Positions 1 through 9,156 of a stretch of DNA of 64,000 nucleotides are shown in pieces. The stretch comes from Patescibacteria group bacterium (GTDB lineage: Bacteria > Patescibacteriota > Microgenomatia > UBA8517): NCBI GenBank assembly GCA_018823885.1, contig JAHJHG010000009.1, positions 783 to 64,782 of the forward strand, read 5' to 3'. The position numbers were made by a program, and so were the translations under genes. Under the pieces are notes generated by a model. The model was not told where the DNA came from. It did no database searches and saw nothing but the letters and a program-made list of their open reading frames with translations. The number at the start of each line of letters is the position of its first letter. Within the stretch, counting starts at the first letter, position 1.

Positions 1-10
1 TTTCAAGAAC

Positions 11-679
11 TCAAGAAGTTAGGGTTAAGCAATTTACCCTCTTTACTCCCGCCTCCTTCAATACCCTGGTAGCTTCTCTAACCGTAGATCCCGTGGTCCA
101 AACATCATCAAATAATATTATTGGCATATTGTTATCTGGGCGCCTAGTTAAACTAAAAACTCCTTCAATGTTTGTTTTTCTTTCTTCTATTTTCAGACTT
201 GCTTGTGGTTTTTTTGAAGCTTTTCTCACTAAAAGATCTTTATCGAAGTCCCACCCTATTTTTTCAGCTATTAATTTACCTATTTCTTCCGATTGGTTAA
301 AACCCCTCCAGTTTTGTCTGTGCCAGTAAAGAGGAATTGGTACCAATACTGAATTTTTTGGAAAAGCTAATTTCTTTTTCCTTAACTCCTTAACCGCATA
401 TTCCGCCAGCTCTTTCGCAATTTCAAGGGCAAATTTATATTTCATTCCGGTAATCGCTTTCCTAATCCCTTTTGAATATCTCCATAAAGACAAGCGTCCA
501 TCCAAACCCAAAGGATCCCTACATCTAATATGGGTTACACCGTAAGGAGAAATACTGTTACAGATTGGGCAAGTCAATATTGGTGGTCTTATTTTTCTTA
601 CACACTCCGGGCATAAATAATAACCGTTTAGACCGCAACCAAAACATTTTCGAGGAAAGAAGATATCAATGATATTCAT
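11..679 (-). CDS. comF: ComF family competence protein (double Zn-ribbon + phosphoribosyltransferase)
   Basis: FFPRKCFGC...CPEC...CPIC Zn ribbons, VPIPL...RGFNQS, ILFDDVWTTGST PRPP loop. Start set at MNIIDIFFP because the longer ORF start lies inside the tmRNA. Confidence 0.9.
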   Translation of the reverse strand: MNIIDIFFPRKCFGCGLNGYYLCPECVRKIRPPILTCPICNSISPYGVTHIRCRDPLGLDGRLSLWRYSKGIRKAITGMKYKFALEIAKELAEYAVKELRKKKLAFPKNSVLVPIPLYWHRQNWRGFNQSEEIGKLIAEKIGWDFDKDLLVRKASKKPQASLKIEERKTNIEGVFSLTRRPDNNMPIILFDDVWTTGSTVREATRVLKEAGVKRVNCLTLTS

Positions 680-726
680 TTCATCACTAAAAAAGCAGCG
701 AATTAACGCTGCTTTAATATTATCAT

Positions 727-1099
727 TGGTGGAGACGGAGGGAATTGAACCCTCGTCCAAGAAGCAAAATCAAAAACGTCTACAAGCTTAATCAGTTTTT
801 TTAATGTCCTCTAAATCTTACCTACTGATAGGACGATTTAAAGTAAGACTCATAAGTCTTGACTCCATTTCTTAAGTCAAGGAAATGGGCTGCATTTCGA
901 CTGGTTTATGCCTTATTAACGCGGTCGAAAAACGCAATTAACAGACACTGGCTTAAGCGAATGCGAAATTATAATCGGACACGCCGGCCAGACCAACGTT
1001 TTTGTTGGCATGTAAAATGTTGACCGTTAATTAACGAGTGACAGTCCCACTCGGCTTGCAGTTTTTAAAAGTACAACTTGTCGAAACCTTTACGTCCCC
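727..1099 (-). ncRNA. ssrA: tmRNA
   Basis: 5' GGGGACGTAAAGGTTTCGAC; 3' GGACGAGGGTTCAATTCCCTCCGTCTCCACCA. Acceptor stem has the G3:U wobble, CCA is encoded, an internal tag ORF is present, and smpB is adjacent. Confidence 0.95.
953..1009 (-). other. tmRNA proteolysis-tag reading frame ANKNVGLAGVSDYNFAFA*
   Basis: GCC resume codon, AN start, hydrophobic Ala-terminated end, TAA at 953-955. Confidence 0.8.
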
Positions 1100-1103
1100 T
1101 AAA

Positions 1104-1529
1104 TTATCTTTTGAGCTCTCTTTCTATATCTCTTTCAATGTCTTTTTTCTTCTTGAGCTCCTTTTTTTGAAATTTACGTTTGCTCTTAGCCAAGGCTATT
1201 TCAACCTTGATTAAGCGGTTTTTAGTATACATCTTTGTAGGCACAAGCGTCAATTTTTTAGCTTGCATTTTGGTCTTCAGAGAAATAATTTGATCTCTGT
1301 GTAAAAGCAGCTTTCTTGATCTGGTGGGATTGTGGTCACCAGAAATATCAGAGGCAATGTTCGCATTGACGAGATAGGCCTCATCTCCAATAATCTTTGC
1401 ATACGCTGTCGCCAAATCAACACGGCCGTTCTTTACCGCTCTTACCTCATGTCCTGCCAAGACAATACCTGCCTCAATGCGTTCTATTAACCGATAGTTA
1501 AACTGTGCCTTTCTATTTACAATTTTCAT
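1104..1529 (-). CDS. smpB: SsrA-binding protein
   Basis: NRKA..Y...EAGIVL.G.EV, R.RKLLLHR, LTLVP motifs; ends 4 nt before ssrA. Confidence 0.95.
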   Translation of the reverse strand: MKIVNRKAQFNYRLIERIEAGIVLAGHEVRAVKNGRVDLATAYAKIIGDEAYLVNANIASDISGDHNPTRSRKLLLHRDQIISLKTKMQAKKLTLVPTKMYTKNRLIKVEIALAKSKRKFQKKELKKKKDIERDIERELKR

Positions 1530-1551
1530 GGAAGTTTTAGGTAGGGAAAAG

Positions 1552-3498
1552 TTATTCTAACTTGTGGCTGATATTAATTGAGTAGAGTCTTTCTTCTGTA
1601 ACAATTATTATTTTACCAACTTCTTCAGATACAACCATTCCTCTTGCTTCTTTTATTTTATCCGAAAAGTACTGAGCTTGGTAATTACCCTCCTTGTCGA
1701 CGACAACAATTCTTCCTGTTTCTTTCTCCATCAAGTAAACAAACTTAAGTTCCTCGTTTGTATAAATGGCCGTCGGTCGGGATAGTTGGGGTATGATGTC
1801 CGCAAAGCTTAAAGTATCTTGATTTCCCTTGGTAAATTTAAATACTTTTCCTGTTTCTGAAAGAAACCAGATAGAACCATCAATTGTCCAGTCAAAAATA
1901 TTACTCAAGTCCGGCTCTGTTCCAGCCGTTAGCCAGTCTTGTTTTGAGCCAAAACCACCATCTGCACCTGCGTACCGATAAACCTTGGATGTTCCCCGAT
2001 CCAGCACATAGAAATTGCCGGCATAAGCGGAGATAAGAACGTCTCCTTCCCATTCGCCCTCGACTGCTAACTCTCTTTCGTCAGCAACTTCATAGATATT
2101 TCCATCTGATAACACAAATACTCTGTCAGAATAGGCCGCCACCCCTTTTGCCTCTTTTACTTGGTCGGGTCCAGCCACAATCTCGGTCTTTTTTGTTTCG
2201 ATTTCTATCTCGACTACCTTTTTCCCATCTCTGTCTAAAACATATAGCTTTCCGTCTGAAGCAACCACATCGTCCGCCTTAAAACCATCCGTTAAAATTG
2301 ATAAGTCTAAGAAAAGATCTGATTCAATTGTATATTCACCTAAAACTTGTCCTTCCGATTCTTCAAGAAGGGCAATTAAGTTGTCAAGTTCAGAATCTTC
2401 AACCCCTTCATCTTTAATTTGATAAACAAGTCTTTCTGCATTTCTGAAAAGCTCCCTCGCTCTTTCGGGGTCAAGTGTATAAAGGCCTTGCGCCTCTTCA
2501 AATTCATGTTGGGCTTGCTTAAGTCGATCTTCATAGCGGGCGCGTTCATCACGAACCATCTTTTGTCTTACCCCAAAACCGATGCTTACAACAAGTAAGA
2601 CAACAAGAATTGAACCAATTGAAACCGTAACTTTCCTTTTTTGAACATTAAATTCATCTTCTCCTCGCTGTCGAACATATATTTTCTTTTCTCCTGTCCT
2701 TTTACTAAAAATAGAGGTTAATTTATTCGCCTGTTTTTGGAAAAAAGAGGCCGGTCGATCTTTAGTTTCCTTATCAAAAATCTCTTTGCGTTCTAGTGTG
2801 GTTTTTTCTTCTGGTTCAAATTCCTTATCCGGTCGTGCAAAAATTGCCTGCGTCTTTGAAAACTCGACTAAGACAAGTCCAAAATTTCCCGCCTCTTCTC
2901 TTGAATGAACAGCTGGAGCCAAAGACTCAACCGCTTCATTTATTCCCGAACTTTCAAGGGCTGCTTTTATCACACCTTCGCTCAAAGAACTAAAAACCTT
3001 TTTTGTCCCAAGTAAAAATATGTCTCCTTCTTTGGGATGGCCGGAAGCAGATACCGGTCCATTATCTTTGCTTACCAATATTTTAGCCAACATACCATTT
3101 CTAAAAACAGCTGCCTGTCCGCCACCACCGCAAGCAGTGTAGATAACTCCATTAACTATTGAGGCGGCCGCTATCTCAACATCACCCCAGGTTTCCGAAA
3201 ATTCGCTTATTACCCTCTCTACGGAATCATTGAGAGCATTAAAGGCCGTTTTTTCTGTGCTACCGAAGTATTCCTCATGAAATCTTGTTAAAAGTTCTCT
3301 TCCAGCAACAACATTATCGAGACCTTCAGGGTCAGGGGGTGCTTCACTTTTTTGAGAGGTCGTTGCAATAACAGCCACTAATCTTCCACGAAGCTTTAAT
3401 TTTTCTTCATCGTCTGGGGCAAATTCATGAACTTGGGCCCAACTGGCTTTTCCCGGACTCCCGGTTAATTTAGCTAAATTGATATCTAATTCTGCCAC
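1552..3498 (-). CDS. Membrane protein: degenerate PP2C-like N-terminal domain, one TM helix, C-terminal beta-propeller
   Basis: ASGHPKEGDIFLLGT resembles PP2C/SpoIIE strands; TM VSIGSILVVLLVVSIGFGV; repeated LYVLD/FYVLD/VYLME blades. Confidence 0.5.
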   Translation of the reverse strand: MAELDINLAKLTGSPGKASWAQVHEFAPDDEEKLKLRGRLVAVIATTSQKSEAPPDPEGLDNVVAGRELLTRFHEEYFGSTEKTAFNALNDSVERVISEFSETWGDVEIAAASIVNGVIYTACGGGGQAAVFRNGMLAKILVSKDNGPVSASGHPKEGDIFLLGTKKVFSSLSEGVIKAALESSGINEAVESLAPAVHSREEAGNFGLVLVEFSKTQAIFARPDKEFEPEEKTTLERKEIFDKETKDRPASFFQKQANKLTSIFSKRTGEKKIYVRQRGEDEFNVQKRKVTVSIGSILVVLLVVSIGFGVRQKMVRDERARYEDRLKQAQHEFEEAQGLYTLDPERARELFRNAERLVYQIKDEGVEDSELDNLIALLEESEGQVLGEYTIESDLFLDLSILTDGFKADDVVASDGKLYVLDRDGKKVVEIEIETKKTEIVAGPDQVKEAKGVAAYSDRVFVLSDGNIYEVADERELAVEGEWEGDVLISAYAGNFYVLDRGTSKVYRYAGADGGFGSKQDWLTAGTEPDLSNIFDWTIDGSIWFLSETGKVFKFTKGNQDTLSFADIIPQLSRPTAIYTNEELKFVYLMEKETGRIVVVDKEGNYQAQYFSDKIKEARGMVVSEEVGKIIIVTEERLYSINISHKLE

Positions 3499-3500
3499 TT

Positions 3501-3728
3501 TTATAAAATAATTAGGGCAAGAACGAATATTACCAAAGAAAATACCAAATGAGAAATACCCAGCATTCTAATCGGTCCTTCAAAGCCTACTTCTAGAGTA
3601 TCGGTCATGAGCTGTATTTGCCTTAATACTACAAAAGCGAAAATACCATAAATTACTAGAGCAAAAAGAACCAACACTTTGGCTATTAGCCAAATTGATA
3701 CTCCAATAATCGGTAATACTTGGTTCAT
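3501..3728 (-). CDS. Small two-TM membrane protein (DUF5657-like)
   Basis: Two hydrophobic helices around FAFVVLRQIQLM; overlaps upstream gene stop. Confidence 0.6.
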   Translation of the reverse strand: MNQVLPIIGVSIWLIAKVLVLFALVIYGIFAFVVLRQIQLMTDTLEVGFEGPIRMLGISHLVFSLVIFVLALIIL

Positions 3729-4423
3729 CTAACTCTCCCTTCTAGTTTCTCTATCTCTTCCTCAATCCTCAGATCTTGTAATATCTTGGCTACCTTATCA
3801 GGATTAGGTACGGCCAAAAAATCAAAGTTGGGCACCTCCGCCGCAGTTTGAACAAATACGTCACCATAATTAAATAACGTTCTAGCTACTCCTCCCATTG
3901 TGTAAGTAACATCCTGGATTTTATCAATATTGGTATCTGATACTTGTTTATATATCAGATTGAAAAAATCGATATCAATAATTCTTTCATCCGTAATAAT
4001 GTTTACATTGAAAAACCAAGTAAGGAAATTCTCCATAAAAAAAGCGGTTGTTATAAGATACCAGCCCAGAATGGCAATTAGTTGAAACTCATCGGGTAAA
4101 AAAGAGAGTAAAGGAAAAATACTTAAAACTGCCGGAGCAACAATCATCAACGCCCCAATAACAATCCAGGAAAAATTAGTCACGGGATGCCTGCGCAACA
4201 AAAGGACAACTTTTTCTTCTTTATCTCTTGTTTCAAAATTAACCTTTTTCGGAAGATAACTAAAAGCCGACAATCTACCTTGAGCTTTCTGTTCAAGTTT
4301 ATACTTTGGACGCCTATGTTTTCCCTCTCTTTTTGCTTTCGAGGCAGACTTTTTCTTAATAGGTTCTTTCTTAGAAGTTAGCTTTTCTTTTTTTGTGTCG
4401 TTAGAAATAAAGATATCCGGCAT
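3725..4423 (-). CDS. Membrane protein with bacterial PH domain
   Basis: LLRRHP, two TMs, IITDERIIDID...IQDV...FNYGDVFVQTA. Confidence 0.75.
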   Translation of the reverse strand: MPDIFISNDTKKEKLTSKKEPIKKKSASKAKREGKHRRPKYKLEQKAQGRLSAFSYLPKKVNFETRDKEEKVVLLLRRHPVTNFSWIVIGALMIVAPAVLSIFPLLSFLPDEFQLIAILGWYLITTAFFMENFLTWFFNVNIITDERIIDIDFFNLIYKQVSDTNIDKIQDVTYTMGGVARTLFNYGDVFVQTAAEVPNFDFLAVPNPDKVAKILQDLRIEEEIEKLEGRVR

Positions 4424-4467
4424 TGCGGCCTGATTATATCACTTTATAGGCCTGTTTCATACAAAAA

Positions 4468-6204
4468 TTATTTCTTCTCTATATTGAAAAGTGGACCAAC
4501 TATTTGGATATTAGCAGGGGCTCTTAAGTTGAAAAAATCTTTGAATTGGTTGGCATCAAAACTGTCACCGCCAGCATCACCGCTGACAGCAATTGTGGTT
4601 GATTTTCCTGTTCCCCAATCAACGCCCGGCATTGAAACACTGGAAATACTGTTGTAAGGGGTAACTCCTCGATTGCTTAGTTCCTGTTTTACTCTTCCCG
4701 AATCCCATGTGTCTGTACCGGCAGGATTCGGCTTATCAGTTTGATATAAGTGTTCACTTACCGAAGGATCCTTTTGGGCCAACATTAAAACATTAACTAT
4801 ATCCGCTACTTCCTCTGATTTGAGCCAAGCGGAATTACCGTATTCACTGCGCCAACCCTGGGCCGCATAGAAACAAGGCGAATCTTTATCATAAGCTTGT
4901 GATTGAAGGTCAGAAAAACTACCAACATCGCCGGTTGTGTCTCTTAATCTTTTTGTCCATGGCGTTCCACTCCAACCAACATCAGATGAAGCGAACGTAT
5001 ACCCTCCAGATGTTGAAGCATACCAGGCCGTAATCACTTGACCACTATTGATGGCAACCTCTCCTTCAGTGGCACGAACGGCCGCTTCCCAATTTCCTCC
5101 TTTGTTTCCTCCCTTATAAACTTGGCAACTTTGGGTTGTGCAAATCTCTTTTGTGCCATTATTCGTATAAGACACCGCATAAGAGCGAGCCGCTACTGCT
5201 TGGGCTTTAAGAGCCTCAATTGGCCAGCTTTCCGGCATTTCATAAATCCCAAGAAGATAGGTTTCGAGCGACATAGAGCCATATCCTTGAACACTAATAT
5301 TAATATCTGGTCTTTTTTCAATGGTAATACCCTGATAGTAAGCATTTAGAATCTGTTGATATGATTGGCCCGCATTGGCCCTGCCATATGCACCGTATTG
5401 ATTTATACCCACCCTGTGAGGAATGCCGTAGGTATAAAAGGCAAAAGCAGGGCTGAAACCTGGATTGAGGTTTCTGTCATCGGTACAAAAAAGCGGTCCA
5501 GCTCCCAAACTAGTTGGTAAATTTAAACTACCTAACTTTTGAGCAATGAAACTCTGTTGTTTAGAACTTAAACTGGCAATATAGCTTTCAACCTTGGCCA
5601 CTTCTCCTGAAAGAAAGGTCGCTCTTTCATCCACTTTCATTTTTATGGCAGCCAGTCTCGTGTTATTTCTTTCTAAACTCTCTTTGTCTTCTTTGAGTTT
5701 CAATAAATCTTCTGCGTAGGCCTCCATTGTTCTTCTATCTTCATCAGCTGCTTTTTGACGAAAACTTATTTCCCTAAAAGCTTCTGAAGCGTCGTTAGAG
5801 GAAAGGAATGGCAAGATGGGATCGTAAAGTCTCAAAAATTTATAATGGCTATTGGCCTTGGCTTCAAAAATTTCCTGAGTAAAGGCGAGGTCTTCTTCTC
5901 TTTGTCCAATATTTTTTTCAACAATATTTAGTTGTGCAGAAATACCATTAATTTGCTTATTTAAACTATTAAGTTCCGTTCTTAAGTTTGCCAATTCTTG
6001 TTTGTTGTACTCATGGGCCGGCTTTAATGCATCAATTTCCCGCTGAATTTTATCAATACAGAAGGTTAGATCCCCTTGCTCAGGATTATCACAATTTGGC
6101 TCAGCAGAAATCAGAGAGGTTTTGTTTATAAATATTGTTGAAATAAATAGCAACACTAAGACCAAAAAAAGAGAAAAGTGTTTTGTTAGCTTGGAGGTTG
6201 TCAT
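4468..6204 (-). CDS. SpoIID/LytB-domain peptidoglycan lytic transglycosylase with N-terminal coiled coil
   Basis: Signal peptide, long coiled coil, EMPESWPIEALKAQAVAARSYA, CTTQSCQVY, YASTSGG. Confidence 0.85.
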   Translation of the reverse strand: MTTSKLTKHFSLFLVLVLLFISTIFINKTSLISAEPNCDNPEQGDLTFCIDKIQREIDALKPAHEYNKQELANLRTELNSLNKQINGISAQLNIVEKNIGQREEDLAFTQEIFEAKANSHYKFLRLYDPILPFLSSNDASEAFREISFRQKAADEDRRTMEAYAEDLLKLKEDKESLERNNTRLAAIKMKVDERATFLSGEVAKVESYIASLSSKQQSFIAQKLGSLNLPTSLGAGPLFCTDDRNLNPGFSPAFAFYTYGIPHRVGINQYGAYGRANAGQSYQQILNAYYQGITIEKRPDINISVQGYGSMSLETYLLGIYEMPESWPIEALKAQAVAARSYAVSYTNNGTKEICTTQSCQVYKGGNKGGNWEAAVRATEGEVAINSGQVITAWYASTSGGYTFASSDVGWSGTPWTKRLRDTTGDVGSFSDLQSQAYDKDSPCFYAAQGWRSEYGNSAWLKSEEVADIVNVLMLAQKDPSVSEHLYQTDKPNPAGTDTWDSGRVKQELSNRGVTPYNSISSVSMPGVDWGTGKSTTIAVSGDAGGDSFDANQFKDFFNLRAPANIQIVGPLFNIEKK

Positions 6205-6277
6205 TGGTAATAATTATAGCAACTTTGTTTCAGTCTTTTACTCTCTCTTTATTTTGCTTTAAAATAATCATACATCT

Positions 6278-6988
6278 ATGAAAAAAATAACCATTACACT
6301 CGCCCTATTTTTGTTGATATTAATCTTTGTTCCAAAAAACATTTTTGCACAAGGAACATTTTCCTGCTACCAGCCAACGGCCAGCGTTCCCTGTGTTCCA
6401 GCAAATGTATATTGTGAAGAAGGGTATATCCCCGACACTAGTTATTGTAGTGCAAGGACAAACTCTAATTGCAACAATGTCCCTGCGACAACATGCATAG
6501 AAATACAGGGGCCAGAAACACAAACTGGCTGCTCTTCTGTCAGCACGGGCAGAACATATTGCACAACACAAGCTGCCCCTGGATATGGAGATATAGAAAT
6601 ATACTGTTCTACCAGTGATGAGTGTGAGAGCTATAAAGCAGAGCATCCATTAGAATCATCGGATAGTGAGTTTCCAACCTGTTTTACCGACGGCAAAAAA
6701 GGAATAAATACAGCTATCGGTTGTATCCCGATAGAAGACTCGAATTTGCTGATTGGTTTTATCTTAAAATGGGCCATTGGTGTTGGTGGAGGTATTGCTT
6801 TCCTATTAATCGTCCTTGCAGGTTTTCAAATAATGACCTCATCCGGCAACCCGGATAGATTAAAAGCAGGCCAAGAATTAATGACCTCGGCTATTGCAGG
6901 ATTAATACTTTTGATATTCTCTGTTTTTATATTAAAAATTATTGGAGTTGATATACTAGAATTACCAGGCTTTGGAGGAACACCATGA
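6278..6988 (+). CDS. T4SS (VirB2/TrbC-like) pilin with Cys-rich N-terminal domain
   Basis: Signal peptide, 12 Cys, C-terminal GFQIMTSSGNPDRLKAGQELMTSAIAG pilin core between two TMs. Confidence 0.75.
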   Translation: MKKITITLALFLLILIFVPKNIFAQGTFSCYQPTASVPCVPANVYCEEGYIPDTSYCSARTNSNCNNVPATTCIEIQGPETQTGCSSVSTGRTYCTTQAAPGYGDIEIYCSTSDECESYKAEHPLESSDSEFPTCFTDGKKGINTAIGCIPIEDSNLLIGFILKWAIGVGGGIAFLLIVLAGFQIMTSSGNPDRLKAGQELMTSAIAGLILLIFSVFILKIIGVDILELPGFGGTP

Positions 6989-7311
6989 AACTTGCACAAG
7001 ATTTAGAAGAAATTCAAAGTAAGGCATTACCTCAGTTTGAATTCTCGGGAGAACAAGGAGATATTGGAAATGTTGTCTCCAGTCTTATTAATTATCTTTT
7101 TCCATTGGCTGGAATCTTACTTCTTCTCTATCTTATCTATGGCGGATTTAGTCTAATGACCTCGGGTGGAGATCCAAAAGCGGTTCAAGGCGCAAAAAGT
7201 AAAATTACTAGTGCTCTAATTGGTTTCATAATCATTTTTGCGGCCTATTGGATAGTACAAATAGTTGCGTCAATTTTAGGAATCGAGGCAATAACAAATA
7301 TCTTCGGATAG
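6985..7311 (+). CDS. T4SS pilin (VirB2/TrbC-like) 2
   Basis: GGFSLMTSGGDPKAVQGAKSKITSALIG between two TMs; ATGA overlap. Confidence 0.8.
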   Translation: MKLAQDLEEIQSKALPQFEFSGEQGDIGNVVSSLINYLFPLAGILLLLYLIYGGFSLMTSGGDPKAVQGAKSKITSALIGFIIIFAAYWIVQIVASILGIEAITNIFG

Positions 7312-7349
7312 ATTTGCACCCTACCTCTTTTGCCTGCTAAACTTAAACC

Positions 7350-7670
7350 GTGAATAAATTAGCTGTTGAGATAGGAGAAAAGTTTTTTGGGGAAGGTTCC
7401 AATACACCATTAGCCGAAATCAGTGGGATTGGAACTCTTGTCTCCATTATCGTCAACGCCGCATTTGTTTTGGCAGGTATTATTTTGCTCTTCTTCTTTA
7501 TCTTCGGGGGAATTTCTATGATTGCAGGCGCCGGAAAAGATAATCCAGATCAAGCGGCAAAGGGAAAGCAGGCAATAACTTCTGCTCTTCTTGGTTTTAT
7601 TGTTGTTTTTGCCTCCTATTGGATAGTACAATTAATCGAACTTGTCACAGGAATCATTATTTTAGGATGA
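7350..7670 (+). CDS. T4SS pilin 3
   Basis: GGISMIAGAGKDNPDQAAKGKQAITSALLG. Confidence 0.8.
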   Translation: MNKLAVEIGEKFFGEGSNTPLAEISGIGTLVSIIVNAAFVLAGIILLFFFIFGGISMIAGAGKDNPDQAAKGKQAITSALLGFIVVFASYWIVQLIELVTGIIILG

Positions 7671-8023
7671 ATAAATTAGCAGAAAACAGTCCTTTTGGAT
7701 CCATAAATTTACCAGAAACTATAGAGAATAAATATCCCGGTGGAGTAGAAGGTGGGGCAATAGGAATCTTTCTAAACTGGACTATCAAGGCCCTTATTAT
7801 TGGTGCCGGGGTATATGCTCTCTTTAATCTTGTTCTTGCCGGATATGCTTTCATGTCTGCTGGAGATGATCCCAAAAAAATGGCTGGTGCCTGGGCAAAG
7901 ATATGGCAAACTCTTTTGGGGCTTGCTTTTGCCGCTGGCGCCTTCGTCTTAGCCGCTATATTTGGACAACTGATATTTGGAGATCCAACTTTTATACTTA
8001 ACCCAACAATACCGACACCATGA
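7667..8023 (+). CDS. T4SS pilin 4
   Basis: AGYAFMSAGDDPKKMAGAWAKIWQTLLG; start set at the ATGA overlap (MNKLA). Confidence 0.8.
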   Translation: MNKLAENSPFGSINLPETIENKYPGGVEGGAIGIFLNWTIKALIIGAGVYALFNLVLAGYAFMSAGDDPKKMAGAWAKIWQTLLGLAFAAGAFVLAAIFGQLIFGDPTFILNPTIPTP

Positions 8024-8385
8024 ATAAATTAGCTGATATAAACCTGGCGCCCGAGGGAGGATTTAAAGGATTTGGTGCCCTGGGGTTAGAAGAAGGACAG
8101 AGCGCTCCAGCAGTATTTACAAAATTCATCTCCAGCGTTATTGGACTAATGACAATTATCGCCATTATCTGGTTTGTTCTTCTGATGATAATGGGGGCCA
8201 TTGGCATTATTAGTTCGGGGGGAGACAAAGCGGCGTTGGAATCTGCTAAAAAACGAATTACAACCGGAATTCTTGGCTTCGTCGTCGTTATTGCCGCTAT
8301 TTTTATTGTCCAATTAATAGGAAAACTGATAGGAATACCGAATATATTAGATCTGCCTGTCTTGTTAGAAGGAATTCAACAATAG
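8020..8385 (+). CDS. T4SS pilin 5
   Basis: GAIGIISSGGDKAALESAKKRITTGILG. Confidence 0.8.
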   Translation: MNKLADINLAPEGGFKGFGALGLEEGQSAPAVFTKFISSVIGLMTIIAIIWFVLLMIMGAIGIISSGGDKAALESAKKRITTGILGFVVVIAAIFIVQLIGKLIGIPNILDLPVLLEGIQQ

Positions 8386-8726
8386 TGAATTATCTTGCTC
8401 AAGATTCAATAGAAAATCCCGTCTTAGGCCCCTCTTTGCAAACAAAAACCGGTGTTGGGTTTTTCCAAGATCTTTTACCCAGAATGGTCGGTCTGGCTTT
8501 CCTTGTAGGTGTGCTTATCTTTTTCTTTGTCATGATAATGGGGGCGATTCAATGGATCACTTCTGGAGGAGATAAAGCAGGGATCGAGTTAGCCAGAGGA
8601 AAAATAACAAATGCTATTGTCGGAGTGGTTATTCTTCTCTCCCTTTTTGCTCTACTTAAAGTCCTTGAGGACTTTTTTGGAATAAACATACTTGCCCTTG
8701 ACATAGGGCCGCTTATGATTCAATAA
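8385..8726 (+). CDS. T4SS pilin 6
   Basis: GAIQWITSGGDKAGIELARGKITNAIVG. Confidence 0.8.
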   Translation: MNYLAQDSIENPVLGPSLQTKTGVGFFQDLLPRMVGLAFLVGVLIFFFVMIMGAIQWITSGGDKAGIELARGKITNAIVGVVILLSLFALLKVLEDFFGINILALDIGPLMIQ

Positions 8727-8736
8727 TATACGCAGA

Positions 8737-9087
8737 ATGCTTAACTTTTTGTATTCAACCGCCGTTCTCGCAGCCGACGACATAAATCTTAGCCCCACAG
8801 GGGAATTTTCGGCTCTTGGTGACTTAACAATTGGCGGAATTGTTTCAGCTTTTATCCGATTAATTCTAGTTGTTGCCGCCTTGGTATTTTTCTTCATTCT
8901 TGTTATCGGAGGAATCAGGTGGATTGCCTCAGGTGGAGATAAGGCTCAAACCGAAACAGCCAGAAATCAAATTACGGCCGCACTTGTTGGATTGGTTATC
9001 GTTTTTGCCGCTTGGGCCATTGTTCAACTAATAAATACCTTCTTCGGTATTGACATTTTCAGTCTTACCCTCCCAACGGCACAATAA
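8737..9087 (+). CDS. T4SS pilin 7
   Basis: GGIRWIASGGDKAQTETARNQITAALVG. Confidence 0.8.
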   Translation: MLNFLYSTAVLAADDINLSPTGEFSALGDLTIGGIVSAFIRLILVVAALVFFFILVIGGIRWIASGGDKAQTETARNQITAALVGLVIVFAAWAIVQLINTFFGIDIFSLTLPTAQ

Positions 9088-9156
9088 AACAGGCTTGCTC
9101 CAATTACTTCATTAAGTTAAACTTTAAGTCGAAAAGTATTGGTATCTTTTTGCATC

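Noticed and set aside
680-760. N-terminal extension of comF in the ORF track
   Set aside because: It overlaps the tmRNA 3' end; the family-like sequence begins at MNIIDIFFP (679).
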